From an uncultured Actinomycetes bacterium (lineage in GTDB: Bacteria > Actinomycetota > Acidimicrobiia > IMCC26256 > PALSA-555): a stretch of 64,000 bases of DNA. The stretch is from positions 21,221 to 85,220 of the forward strand of contig CALEYV010000037.1 of the NCBI GenBank assembly GCA_937927875.1, read 5' to 3'. Below the pieces are notes generated by a model. It made no database searches and was not told the DNA's origin. It saw nothing but the letters and a program-made list of their open reading frames with translations. Below are positions 50,595 to 58,282 of the stretch, in pieces (the stretch's first letter is position 1; each line of letters opens with the position of its first letter). The translations under genes were made by a program, and so were the position numbers.

Positions 50595-51683
50595 TCAGCC
50601 CGCGGACACCTCGACCGGCTGACGGGCCGGCGCCGGCCGACGGGCCGGCGGGGGCGTGACCCGAAGCCGCAGCGCGCCGACGACCGCGATCCCGGTCCCG
50701 AGCCCGAGCACGGTGGCGACCTCGAGGCGGGCGAAGACGTGCGGCAGCGTCGTCGGCAGCTGGGATCGGTAGAGCTCGGTGACGTCGGCCAGGCCGCCGG
50801 CCAGGGCGAGGAACAGCCCCGCCAGCAGCAGCAGCGGCGCGGTGGCGCGGACACCGCGGCGGACGAGCCACGTCAGCGCGAGGACGCCCAGCGCGATCCC
50901 GCCGAGCGCGTACGCGCTGGCGGCGAGCTTCGTCGTGCCCGCCACCGTCGTCCCCTCGTACGAGCCGAGCACGTGCGCGACCTCACCGACGATCATCGCC
51001 ACCAGGGCCGTGACCAGCACCGGGCGGGCGACCCGGGTGCGCGCCAGGACGACCAGGAGGATGGCGAGCGCCGCCGCGACGGCGAACCAGCCCCAGGGCG
51101 CGGGCCCCGGCACCCACACCACCTCGCCGCGCACCGTGATCGGCACCCCGTCCTGGACCAGCGTGACCGTCCATCGCTGCACGAGGTGCCGCGAGCTCGG
51201 GTCGCGCTGCACCTGGGGCGGGTTGATGGTCCCGAGCCAGTGCGCGCGGTGGTCGTGCCACCGGACGATCGGCCCGTCACCGATGCGACGCCACTCGGGC
51301 GCCGCCCGGGGGTCGGCCGAGCGGGGCACCGGCACGTTGCCGGTCCGGGTCCGGTTCAGGTACACGGCGGGGGAGCGGACGTTCTCGAACACCCCCGCCG
51401 GCCCCACCCGCAGGTAGGGCTCGCGGTCGTACCCGAGGACGGTCAGGTCGCGGCCGGTGCGGTTCTCCAGCTCGAGCTTGTTGCCGAGATCCGCCGCCCT
51501 CACCGACAGCCCGGCAACCCGGGGGGTGACGGTGAGGACCCGAGTCGAGAAGTTGCTGGGCTGGATCCCGGCGACGCCGTGCGCGCCAGCCGGCTCGGCC
51601 GCCACGACGACGGCACCGACGCCGATCGCGACCGCGAGGGCGGCCTGCCCGATGCGCGTCCCGGTTACGCGCAGCGCCGGCAC
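50595..51683 (-). CDS. exported His-rich domain + C-terminal polytopic membrane protein, unknown family
   Basis: GTG 51683 overlaps the last 19 nt of the Fur-family gene. The signal peptide MPALRVTGTRIGQAALAVAIGVGAVVVAAEPAGA is followed by HG.., then a ~190-aa beta-rich domain containing WHDHRAHW, then about 5 TM helices. Only the distal 362 codons of the 779-aa track ORF are used. Confidence 0.6.
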   Translation of the reverse strand: MPALRVTGTRIGQAALAVAIGVGAVVVAAEPAGAHGVAGIQPSNFSTRVLTVTPRVAGLSVRAADLGNKLELENRTGRDLTVLGYDREPYLRVGPAGVFENVRSPAVYLNRTRTGNVPVPRSADPRAAPEWRRIGDGPIVRWHDHRAHWLGTINPPQVQRDPSSRHLVQRWTVTLVQDGVPITVRGEVVWVPGPAPWGWFAVAAALAILLVVLARTRVARPVLVTALVAMIVGEVAHVLGSYEGTTVAGTTKLAASAYALGGIALGVLALTWLVRRGVRATAPLLLLAGLFLALAGGLADVTELYRSQLPTTLPHVFARLEVATVLGLGTGIAVVGALRLRVTPPPARRPAPARQPVEVSAG

Positions 51684-52099
51684 AGTCCGACCAGGTCGAC
51701 CCGGTGGGTCTGGGTCCGGAAGCCGGTGGTGGCGGCGATCTGGTCGACGGCGTTCCGCAGCGACTGTTCGAGGTGCGCGTTCGGCGGGACGTCCTCGACG
51801 GTGCCGCACGACGAGCAGATGAGGTGGTGGTGATGCCCGACCAGGTCCTCGGCGAGCTCGAAGCGAGCGAACTCGTCGTTCGTGACGATGCGGTGCACGA
51901 CGCCGGCCTGCTCGAGGATGACGAGGTTGCGGTACACGCTGCTCTGCGCGAGCCCGTTCCCGGCCTCGAGCACCTCCGGGATGGTGAGCGGCCGGGGCGA
52001 CGCGACCAGGACGTCGACGATCGCCTCGCGGTTCGGCGTGAGACGCTGCTGCACTCGTCGGAGTCGCGAGGCGACCAGCTCGCGAAGCTCGTCGCTCAC
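51665..52099 (-). CDS. Fur-family metalloregulator (Fur/Zur/Nur-type)
   Basis: A wHTH (LTPNREAIVDVLVAS..LTIPEVL) plus HHHHLICSSCG and GLCRRCA, i.e. two CxxC pairs and a His cluster. GTG 52099 is preferred; an alternative GTG lies at 52147. Confidence 0.85.
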   Translation of the reverse strand: MSDELRELVASRLRRVQQRLTPNREAIVDVLVASPRPLTIPEVLEAGNGLAQSSVYRNLVILEQAGVVHRIVTNDEFARFELAEDLVGHHHHLICSSCGTVEDVPPNAHLEQSLRNAVDQIAATTGFRTQTHRVDLVGLCRRCA

Positions 52100-52114
52100 G
52101 GCGGCGAGTGTACC

Positions 52115-52135
52115 GTCGAGTTCGATGAATCCGAC
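52115..52135. promoter_or_regulatory. imperfect 21-bp palindrome between the Fur-family gene and the divergent gene (candidate operator)
   Basis: In GTCGAGTTCGATGAATCCGAC, 7 of 10 arm positions are self-complementary (GTCG..TTC-n3-GAA..CGAC). It spans the ATG of the + strand gene. Confidence 0.3.
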
Positions 52136-52892
52136 CGACGCGTTCACGCGACTCGTGCGGCAACCGGAGCCCGAGCTCGCGCTCGACGAGGCGGCGCTGC
52201 TCATCGCGGCTCACGACCACGAGGTCGACATCGCCGCCAACCTGGCCGCGCTCGACGAGCTGGCCCGGGACGCGCCCGACGACGCCGAGGGGATGGCGCG
52301 CCTCCTGTTCGTCGAGCGGGGCTTCGCCGGGAACGAGGTCGACTACGGCGACCCGCACAACTCGTACCTCGACTCGGTGCTGCGCCGCCGGCTCGGGCTG
52401 CCGATCACGCTCAGCGTCCTGCTGCTGGAGGTGGCGCGCCGGCGGGGCGTCGTCCTCCACGGGGTCGGGATGCCGGGGCACTTCCTGGTCGGCGATGGCG
52501 ACGGCCGGTACTACGACCCGTTCCACGCCGGCGCGACGCTGGACGAGCAGGGGTGCCGCGCCATCAGCGAGCGGCTGCGGCCCGGCGCGCCGTGGCATCG
52601 CTCGTACCTCGAGCCGGTCGGGCCCCGCGCCATCCTCGTGCGGATGCTCGCCAACCTCGTGCACACGCTCGTCGAGCGCTCGCCGGCGGACGCGGTGTGG
52701 GCGCTCCGCCTGCGCCTCGCCGTGCCCGGCGTGGCAGCGGGGGAGCGCCGGGAGACCGCGGCGCTGCTCGGGACCCTGGGCCGGTTCGGGGAGGCCGCGT
52801 CGGTGCTCGACGAGGTCGCCGACGACCTGGACGAGGCGGGCGCGGCCCGCGCGCGCGAGGACGCGGCCCGACTGCGCGCCCGCGCGAACTGA
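52125..52892 (+). CDS. transglutaminase-like/TPR protein (SirB1/YchA family)
   Basis: GFAGNEVDYGDPHNSYLDSVLRRRLGLPITLSVLLLEVARRRGV..GVGMPGHFLV..YYDPFHAG matches the SirB1 N-domain, followed by a TPR-like tail. Confidence 0.7.
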   Translation: MNPTDAFTRLVRQPEPELALDEAALLIAAHDHEVDIAANLAALDELARDAPDDAEGMARLLFVERGFAGNEVDYGDPHNSYLDSVLRRRLGLPITLSVLLLEVARRRGVVLHGVGMPGHFLVGDGDGRYYDPFHAGATLDEQGCRAISERLRPGAPWHRSYLEPVGPRAILVRMLANLVHTLVERSPADAVWALRLRLAVPGVAAGERRETAALLGTLGRFGEAASVLDEVADDLDEAGAARAREDAARLRARAN

Positions 52893-52899
52893 GGCGCGC

Positions 52900-53514
52900 G
52901 TGGCTCGGGAGCTCCCGATGTTCCCGCTCGGCACGGTGCTGTTCCCGCACGGCGTGCTCCCGCTCCACGTGTTCGAGCCCCGCTACCGGACGATGACCGA
53001 GCGCTGCCTCGCCGACGACGCGACGTTCGGCGTCGTCCTCATCGAGCGGGGCAGCGAGGTCGGCGGCAACGACCAGCGCTTCGACGTCGGGACCGCAGCG
53101 CGGATCCTGCAGGCCGGCCGGCTCGAGGACGGGCGCTACGTGCTGATGACCGTCGGCGAGCAGCGGGTCCGGGTGCAGGAATGGCTCCCCGACGACCCGT
53201 ATCCGCGGGCCAACGTCGTGCCCCTGTCCGACCACGCTGACGACGACGCGGGAGCCGCGCTGCCCGACCTCGCCGCCGATCTCCGGCGGCTGCTGGAGCT
53301 GCGCGCGCAGCTCGGCGAGCCGGTGCCGGGCGTCGAGGTCGCGCTGCCGGACGACCCGGTCCATGCCTCCTTCGAGGCGTGCGCGCTCGCCGCTCTCGGG
53401 CCGCTCGACGGCCAGCGGCTCCTCGAGCTCGACGACGCCGGGCAGCGGCTCCGCGATCTCTCGTCGCTGGTGCGCGACGAGGTCGCGGTGCTCGAGTTCC
53501 GGCTCGGCGAGTGA
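52900..53514 (+). CDS. LON N-terminal substrate-binding domain protein (stand-alone)
   Basis: LPMFPLGTVLFPHGVLPLHVFEPRYRTM is the LON-domain opening motif. 204 aa with no AAA+ or protease domain. GTG at 52900; an alternative ATG lies at 52918. Confidence 0.8.
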   Translation: MARELPMFPLGTVLFPHGVLPLHVFEPRYRTMTERCLADDATFGVVLIERGSEVGGNDQRFDVGTAARILQAGRLEDGRYVLMTVGEQRVRVQEWLPDDPYPRANVVPLSDHADDDAGAALPDLAADLRRLLELRAQLGEPVPGVEVALPDDPVHASFEACALAALGPLDGQRLLELDDAGQRLRDLSSLVRDEVAVLEFRLGE

Positions 53515-53537
53515 CGGCGCGGCCTACGCTCGGAGCC

Positions 53538-53675
53538 ATGGACCCGTCCGCACCGCGCGAGCCGAGCGACGCCGACCGCGACTACGCGTCCCTCGAGGAG
53601 GCCGAGCAGGAGCTGGCCGAGCTCGAGCGCGAGCTCCGACGGATCGACGGCGCCGAGGAGCCTCCCGAGGCGTGA
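53538..53675 (+). CDS. 45-aa acidic coiled-coil micro-protein (candidate)
   Basis: ATG follows cGGAG. 42 of 45 third codon positions are G/C. The stop overlaps the GTG of the MoaD-like gene (GTGA). The sequence is MDPSAPREPSDADRDYASLEEAEQELAELERELRRIDGAEEPPEA. Confidence 0.45.
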   Translation: MDPSAPREPSDADRDYASLEEAEQELAELERELRRIDGAEEPPEA

Positions 53676-53950
53676 GCGGGGCCGGCAGGACGGTCCGGGT
53701 CCGGCTCTTCGCCGCCGCGCGCGAGGCGGCCGGCCGCGCCGAGCTCAGCGCCGACCCGCAGGCCCTCGGCGACCTGCTCGCGGCCCTGCGGCGTGATCAC
53801 GGCCCCGAGTTCTCGAGCGTGCTCGCCACCGCGCGCGTCTGGGTCAACGGCGACGACCCTCGGGACGGGGATGCCACCGTGCTCGCGCCCGGTGACGAGG
53901 TGGCGGTGCTGCCGCCGGTCAGCGGCGGGTCGCCACCGCCCGGCGGCTGA
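53672..53950 (+). CDS. MoaD/ThiS-family beta-grasp sulfur-carrier-like protein with 6-aa tail after the canonical GG
   Basis: VRVRLFAAAREAAG...GDEVAVLPPVSGG is the MoaD pattern. The ORF continues SPPPGG before the stop. Confidence 0.75.
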   Translation: MSGAGRTVRVRLFAAAREAAGRAELSADPQALGDLLAALRRDHGPEFSSVLATARVWVNGDDPRDGDATVLAPGDEVAVLPPVSGGSPPPGG

Positions 53951-53952
53951 GC

Positions 53953-54570
53953 TCAGCCGAGGTCGAGGTCGATGGTGCGGGCCTTGTCGAAGCGCGACCC
54001 GACGTCGTCCCAGTCGACGAGGTGCCAGAACGCCTCGACCCACTCGGCCTTCCGGTTCTCGTACTGCAGGTAGTAGGCGTGCTCCCACATGTCGAGCACG
54101 AGCAGCGGCGGGCCGCCCTGCCCGACGTTGCCCTGGTGGTCGTAGACCTGCTCGACGATCAGGCGCTGGCCGAGCGGCTCCCAGGACAGGGCGGCCCAGC
54201 CCGAGCCCTGCACGTTGTTCGCCGCCTCGACGAGTTGGGACCGGAACTGGTCGAACGAGCCGAGATGCTCGTCGATGGCGGCCGCCAGGTCGCCCACCGG
54301 CTTGTCGCCGCCGGCCGGGGTCAGGTTCTTCCAGAACAGCGAGTGCAGGATGTGCCCGGAGAGGTGGAAGGCCAGGTTCTTCTCCAGCAGGTTGATCGAC
54401 CCGAAGTCGCCCGTCGCCCGGGCTTCCTGGAGGCGCTCAAGCACCTTGTTCGCGCCGTCGACATAAGCCTTGTGATGCTTGTCGTGATGCAGCTCGAGGA
54501 TCCGCCCGCTCAGGTGCGGCTCGAGCGCCGAATAGTCGTACCCGAGTTCCGGCAAGGCGTAGAAGGCCAT
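53953..54570 (-). CDS. sodA: Fe/Mn superoxide dismutase
   Basis: [22 protein letters not shown] and [11 protein letters not shown] are present. Confidence 0.95.
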   Translation of the reverse strand: MAFYALPELGYDYSALEPHLSGRILELHHDKHHKAYVDGANKVLERLQEARATGDFGSINLLEKNLAFHLSGHILHSLFWKNLTPAGGDKPVGDLAAAIDEHLGSFDQFRSQLVEAANNVQGSGWAALSWEPLGQRLIVEQVYDHQGNVGQGGPPLLVLDMWEHAYYLQYENRKAEWVEAFWHLVDWDDVGSRFDKARTIDLDLG

Positions 54571-54674
54571 GGCGGGCTCCTTTCGTCAGCAGCGACGGTA
54601 GCGGCGACCCGCTGCTCCCTACCCACCGACCGGCGGCGCGCTAACGCGGCGCCGCAAGCGGTACCCTCGGTCCG

Positions 54675-55193
54675 GTGAGCGCCCCGCACCGACGCCGCCT
54701 CGACGTCGTGCTCGGCGAGGGCTACCTCGACGGCCTCGACGCCAAGACCATCGACGAGGTCCGCGCGATGCACGAGGAGTGCCTCGAGGTCGAGACCGAG
54801 ATCTCCTACGTGCGACGCCTCGCGCAGGCCCGGATCGACATCGTGTCGGCCGAGCTGGACCGCCGGTCGACCGGCCGCTCGGTCGAGGACCTGGTGGCGA
54901 TGCTCCCCGAGATCCTCGCCGACGACCAGCCCCGCACCGATCCCGCCCACAGCCGGCTGCCGCGCCACCTGGCGCCGTCACCGACGATCGCGTGGCGGCG
55001 GGGACTCGAGCACCTCATCACCGACGCCACGCTCGTGAACCTGCCGACGCTGGGCGACGACGAGCTGCGTGAAACCCTCGAGCAGCTCGGCACCCTCGAG
55101 CGCGAGATGTCGACCCGGCGGCGGGCCCTGCACGGGGTCATCGACGGCATCGAGAGCAACCTCGCGACCCGGCATCGCGTCGACCACGTCTGA
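54675..55193 (+). CDS. RsiG-like anti-sigma factor candidate (c-di-GMP-binding signature)
   Basis: A helical 172-aa protein. ETEISYVRRLAQARID matches E-x3-S-x2-R-x3-Q-x3-D exactly (aa 40-55). EREMSTRRRALHGVID matches it except for H in place of Q (aa 142-157). Confidence 0.6.
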   Translation: MSAPHRRRLDVVLGEGYLDGLDAKTIDEVRAMHEECLEVETEISYVRRLAQARIDIVSAELDRRSTGRSVEDLVAMLPEILADDQPRTDPAHSRLPRHLAPSPTIAWRRGLEHLITDATLVNLPTLGDDELRETLEQLGTLEREMSTRRRALHGVIDGIESNLATRHRVDHV

Positions 55194-55194
55194 C

Positions 55195-55587
55195 GTGGCC
55201 GACAGCCTCGAGCAGCGCCTCCGCGAGCTCGGGACCTTCATCCGTGACCGCCGCCGGGACGCGCGGCTGTCACTGCGACGGCTGAGCGAGCTGGCCGGCG
55301 TCTCGAATCCGTACCTCAGCCAGATCGAGCGGGGGCTGCGAAAGCCGAGCGCCGACATCCTGCAGCAGCTCGCGCGCGCGCTCCACGTGTCCGCCGAGAC
55401 GCTGTACGTGCGCGCCGGCATCCTGGACCCGACCGACGGCGAGCCCAACCTCGAGCGCGAGATCCTGCGCGACTCGACGCTCACCGATCGCCAGAAGCAG
55501 GCGCTGCTCGAGGTCTACCGGTCGTTCCAAGCCGAGCGCGAGCCTCGCCCCGCCACCGAGGCGCGAGGGAAGTCGGGCCCCGCCTGA
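55195..55587 (+). CDS. XRE-family helix-turn-helix transcriptional regulator
   Basis: GTG lies 1 nt after the previous stop. LSLRRLSELAGVSNPYLSQIERGLRKPSADILQQLARAL is a Cro/C1-type HTH. Confidence 0.8.
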   Translation: MADSLEQRLRELGTFIRDRRRDARLSLRRLSELAGVSNPYLSQIERGLRKPSADILQQLARALHVSAETLYVRAGILDPTDGEPNLEREILRDSTLTDRQKQALLEVYRSFQAEREPRPATEARGKSGPA

Positions 55588-55611
55588 CCCGTCGGTAGGA
55601 TCACGTACGTC

Positions 55612-56841
55612 ATGAGCCCCTCTCGCGTCGCGATGCTCAGCGTGCACACGTCGCCCCTCGCCCAGCCCGGCGCCGGCGACGGCGGCGGCATGAACGTGTA
55701 CGTGCGGTCGCTCGGCGAGGCACTGGCCCGGGCCGGTGTCCCCTGCGACATCCTCACGCGCGCCGACCGGCCGCGGCAGCGAGCCATCGTGGAGCTCGAG
55801 CCGGGCCTGCAGGTCGTGCACCTGGACGCCGGGCCGCGGTCCCCGGTCGCCAAGCACGAGCTGCTCGGACTGCTCGACGAGCTCGTCGCCGCCGCGCGCG
55901 ACCACCTGCAGTGCGGACGGGCGTGCTTCGAGGCCCTGCACGCCAACTACTGGATCTCGGGCGCGGTCGGCCACCGGCTCAAGCACGAGCTCGACCTGCC
56001 GCTGGCGGCGACGTTCCACACCCTGGCCCGCGTCAAGGCCGACGCCGGCATCGCCGACGACCCGGCCGAGCGCAGCGCGGTCGAGGCCGAGCTGCTGCGC
56101 TGCGCCGACGCGCTCGTCGTCGCGACCGCCGACGAGGGCGCGGGACTGTGCGCCGGCACCGACGCCGACCCGGGCCGCATCGAGGTCGTCCCCCCCGGGG
56201 TCGACCACACCCTCTTCTCGCCCGGGGATCCGCGCACCGCCCGCGGTCACCTCGGCCTGCCGACCGACCGGCCGGTCCTGCTGTTCGTCGGGCGGATCCA
56301 GCCCCTGAAGGGCGTCGACGTCGCGGTACGGGCTCTCGCCGCGGTTCGCGACCCGGCCACCGAGCTCGTCGTGGTCGGCGGCCCGAGCGGCGCCGACGGC
56401 CCGGCCGAGGTCGCCCGCCTGCACCGGCTCGCCGAGGAGCTCGGCGTCGCGGCGCGCGTCCGCTGGGTCCCGCCGGTTCGTCACGAGCGGCTGGCCGACT
56501 GGTACCGGGCCGCCGACGTGTGCCTGGTGCCGTCGCGGACCGAGTCGTTCGGGCTGGTCGCCCTCGAGGCGGCCGCCTGCGGGACGCCGGTGGTGGCCGC
56601 TGACGTCGGCGGGCTGCGCACCCTCGTCGACCACGGCCGGACCGGCTTCCTCGTCGAGGGCCGGGACCCCGACGACTACGCGGCGCTCGTGCAGCGGCTG
56701 CTCGACGACGAGGCCCTGGCGGCGGCGATGGGCGCCAGCGCGGCGACGCGCGCGGGCCGGTACACGTGGAGCATCGCGGCCGCCCGGCTGCGGCGGCTCT
56801 ACTCGGACCTCACCGCCCGCGCCCTCGTCCGCTGCTCGTGA
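55612..56841 (+). CDS. mshA: D-inositol-3-phosphate glycosyltransferase (mycothiol biosynthesis)
   Basis: VAMLSVHTSPLAQPGAGDGGGMNVYV and the GT4 C-terminal ESFGLVALEAAACGTPVVA are present. Confidence 0.9.
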   Translation: MSPSRVAMLSVHTSPLAQPGAGDGGGMNVYVRSLGEALARAGVPCDILTRADRPRQRAIVELEPGLQVVHLDAGPRSPVAKHELLGLLDELVAAARDHLQCGRACFEALHANYWISGAVGHRLKHELDLPLAATFHTLARVKADAGIADDPAERSAVEAELLRCADALVVATADEGAGLCAGTDADPGRIEVVPPGVDHTLFSPGDPRTARGHLGLPTDRPVLLFVGRIQPLKGVDVAVRALAAVRDPATELVVVGGPSGADGPAEVARLHRLAEELGVAARVRWVPPVRHERLADWYRAADVCLVPSRTESFGLVALEAAACGTPVVAADVGGLRTLVDHGRTGFLVEGRDPDDYAALVQRLLDDEALAAAMGASAATRAGRYTWSIAAARLRRLYSDLTARALVRCS

Positions 56842-57287
56842 CGGAGGTCGCGGAGCTCGAGGCGCGCGAGCGGGCCGCGCACGACCTGATCGCGGACCAC
56901 TTGGAAGGCGAGGTGGCGCGCCAGCCGTACGTGCAGACGGTCGAGTACGACCCCGAGATCCCGCGCTGGTACGTGCGGTTCGGGTGCGAGGGGCGCGACG
57001 CGACGACGATCTACTTCGACCTGCACCAGCGGACGCTTCGCTACGAGGTCTACTTCTTGCCCGACCCGCCGCGGAACCAGCTCGACCTGTACCGGTTCCT
57101 CCTCCAGCGCAACCACGGCTTGTACGGCGCCCGCTTCTCGATCGGGCCCGACGGCGACCTGTACCTCACCGGTCGGGTCGCGCTCGAGCACCTCGATCGG
57201 GCCGAGCTCGACCGGGTCATCGGCGTCCTCTACGAGATCGTCGAGACGTGGTTCCAGCCTTCGGTGCGGCTCGCCTTCCGCCGCTGA
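56838..57287 (+). CDS. YbjN-domain protein
   Basis: GTGA overlap with the mshA stop. RWYVRFGCEGRDATTIYFDLHQRTLRYEVYF is present, and the position downstream of mshA matches mycobacteria as I remember them. Confidence 0.7.
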   Translation: MTEVAELEARERAAHDLIADHLEGEVARQPYVQTVEYDPEIPRWYVRFGCEGRDATTIYFDLHQRTLRYEVYFLPDPPRNQLDLYRFLLQRNHGLYGARFSIGPDGDLYLTGRVALEHLDRAELDRVIGVLYEIVETWFQPSVRLAFRR

Positions 57288-57313
57288 GCGCGAGCGAGCC
57301 CGAGGAACGATCC

Positions 57314-57345
57314 GGTCTCTCCGCACTTCCCCGAACGGAGAGGCC
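57314..57345 (+). terminator. 10-bp stem-loop after the ybjN-like gene
   Basis: GGTCTCTCCG-12 nt-CGGAGAGGCC with one G-U pair, followed by TTCCT. It begins 27 nt after the stop. Confidence 0.35.
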
Positions 57346-57472
57346 TTCCTGCACCTCGGGCCCGCTGCGACCGGCACCCGTCGGTGCCGGGATTGGGAGA
57401 CTCGCGCCGGGCGCGCCGCGACACAAGACCCAATCTCCTGACCCGCAAGCCCGGCTGCCGTAACTTGCTTCC

Positions 57473-58282
57473 ATGGTCCGACTCGCGATTCTCGGGGGCG
57501 GTCGCATGGGCGAGGCGCTCGTCGCCGGCCTCCGCGACGCGGGCTGGGACGCCGACGGCATCGCGGTCGCCGAGGTCGACGCCGACCGGCGCCGGTTCCT
57601 CGAGGACCGCTTCCCGGGTGTCCGCATCGTCCCCAGCCCGGCGTGGGCGGTCGCCGACGCCGAGGTGGTCGTCGTCGCGGTGAAGCCGGCCGACGTCGGG
57701 TCGGCCCTCGAGGCGAGCGCGGAGGCGCTTCCCAGTGATGCCCTGGTGCTCTCGATCGCGGCCGGCGTGCCGCTCGCCGAGCTCGAGCGCGCCGCGCCGG
57801 ACCGCCCGGTCGTTCGCGCCATGCCGAACGCGGCGGCCCTGGTCGGGCACGGGGCGGCCGCGATCGCGGCCGGGCAGCGGGCCGACGCCACCCACCTCGA
57901 GATCGCGGAGCGCGTCCTCGGGGCGGTCGGGACGGTGGTGCGGCTCCCCGAGCACCAGCTCGACGCCGTGACCGCGCTCTCGGGCTCCGGCCCGGCCTAC
58001 GTGTTCCTCGTCGCCGAGGCCTTGGTCGAGGCGGGCGTGCTCGCCGGCCTGCCCCGGGACGTGGCCGAGGACCTGACCCGCCAGACACTGCTCGGGGCGG
58101 CGCAGCTGCTCCACGGCGACGACTCGGCGGCGGCGCTGCGGGCCGCGGTGACCTCGCCGGGCGGGACGACGGCCGCCGGCCTGCGCATCCTCGAGCGGCG
58201 CGGGGTCCGCGGCGCGTTCCTCGACGCCGTGCTCGCCGCCACCGAGCGCTCCCGCGAGCTCGGCGACGCCAGCCGCCGATGA
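57473..58282 (+). CDS. proC: pyrroline-5-carboxylate reductase
   Basis: LAILGGGRMGEAL (Rossmann) and the C-terminal VTSPGGTTAAGL are present. Confidence 0.93.
   Translation: MVRLAILGGGRMGEALVAGLRDAGWDADGIAVAEVDADRRRFLEDRFPGVRIVPSPAWAVADAEVVVVAVKPADVGSALEASAEALPSDALVLSIAAGVPLAELERAAPDRPVVRAMPNAAALVGHGAAAIAAGQRADATHLEIAERVLGAVGTVVRLPEHQLDAVTALSGSGPAYVFLVAEALVEAGVLAGLPRDVAEDLTRQTLLGAAQLLHGDDSAAALRAAVTSPGGTTAAGLRILERRGVRGAFLDAVLAATERSRELGDASRR

Noticed and set aside
50595-52934. A single 779-aa ORF on the minus strand spanning the membrane protein, the Fur-family gene and the SirB1-like gene region.
   Set aside because: Only the distal 362 codons (from GTG 51683) look like a real protein, with a signal peptide, a domain and TM helices. 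The upstream part is R/P-rich and runs out of frame across the Fur-family gene (same strand) and antisense to the SirB1-like gene.
53945-53958. A perfect 14-bp palindrome, GGCTGAGCTCAGCC, at the convergent MoaD-like/sodA junction.
   Set aside because: It is formed by the two facing stop codons (TGA and TCA) and their flanking GGC/GCC codons. It cannot make a useful hairpin (about a 4-bp stem) and is most likely coincidental.
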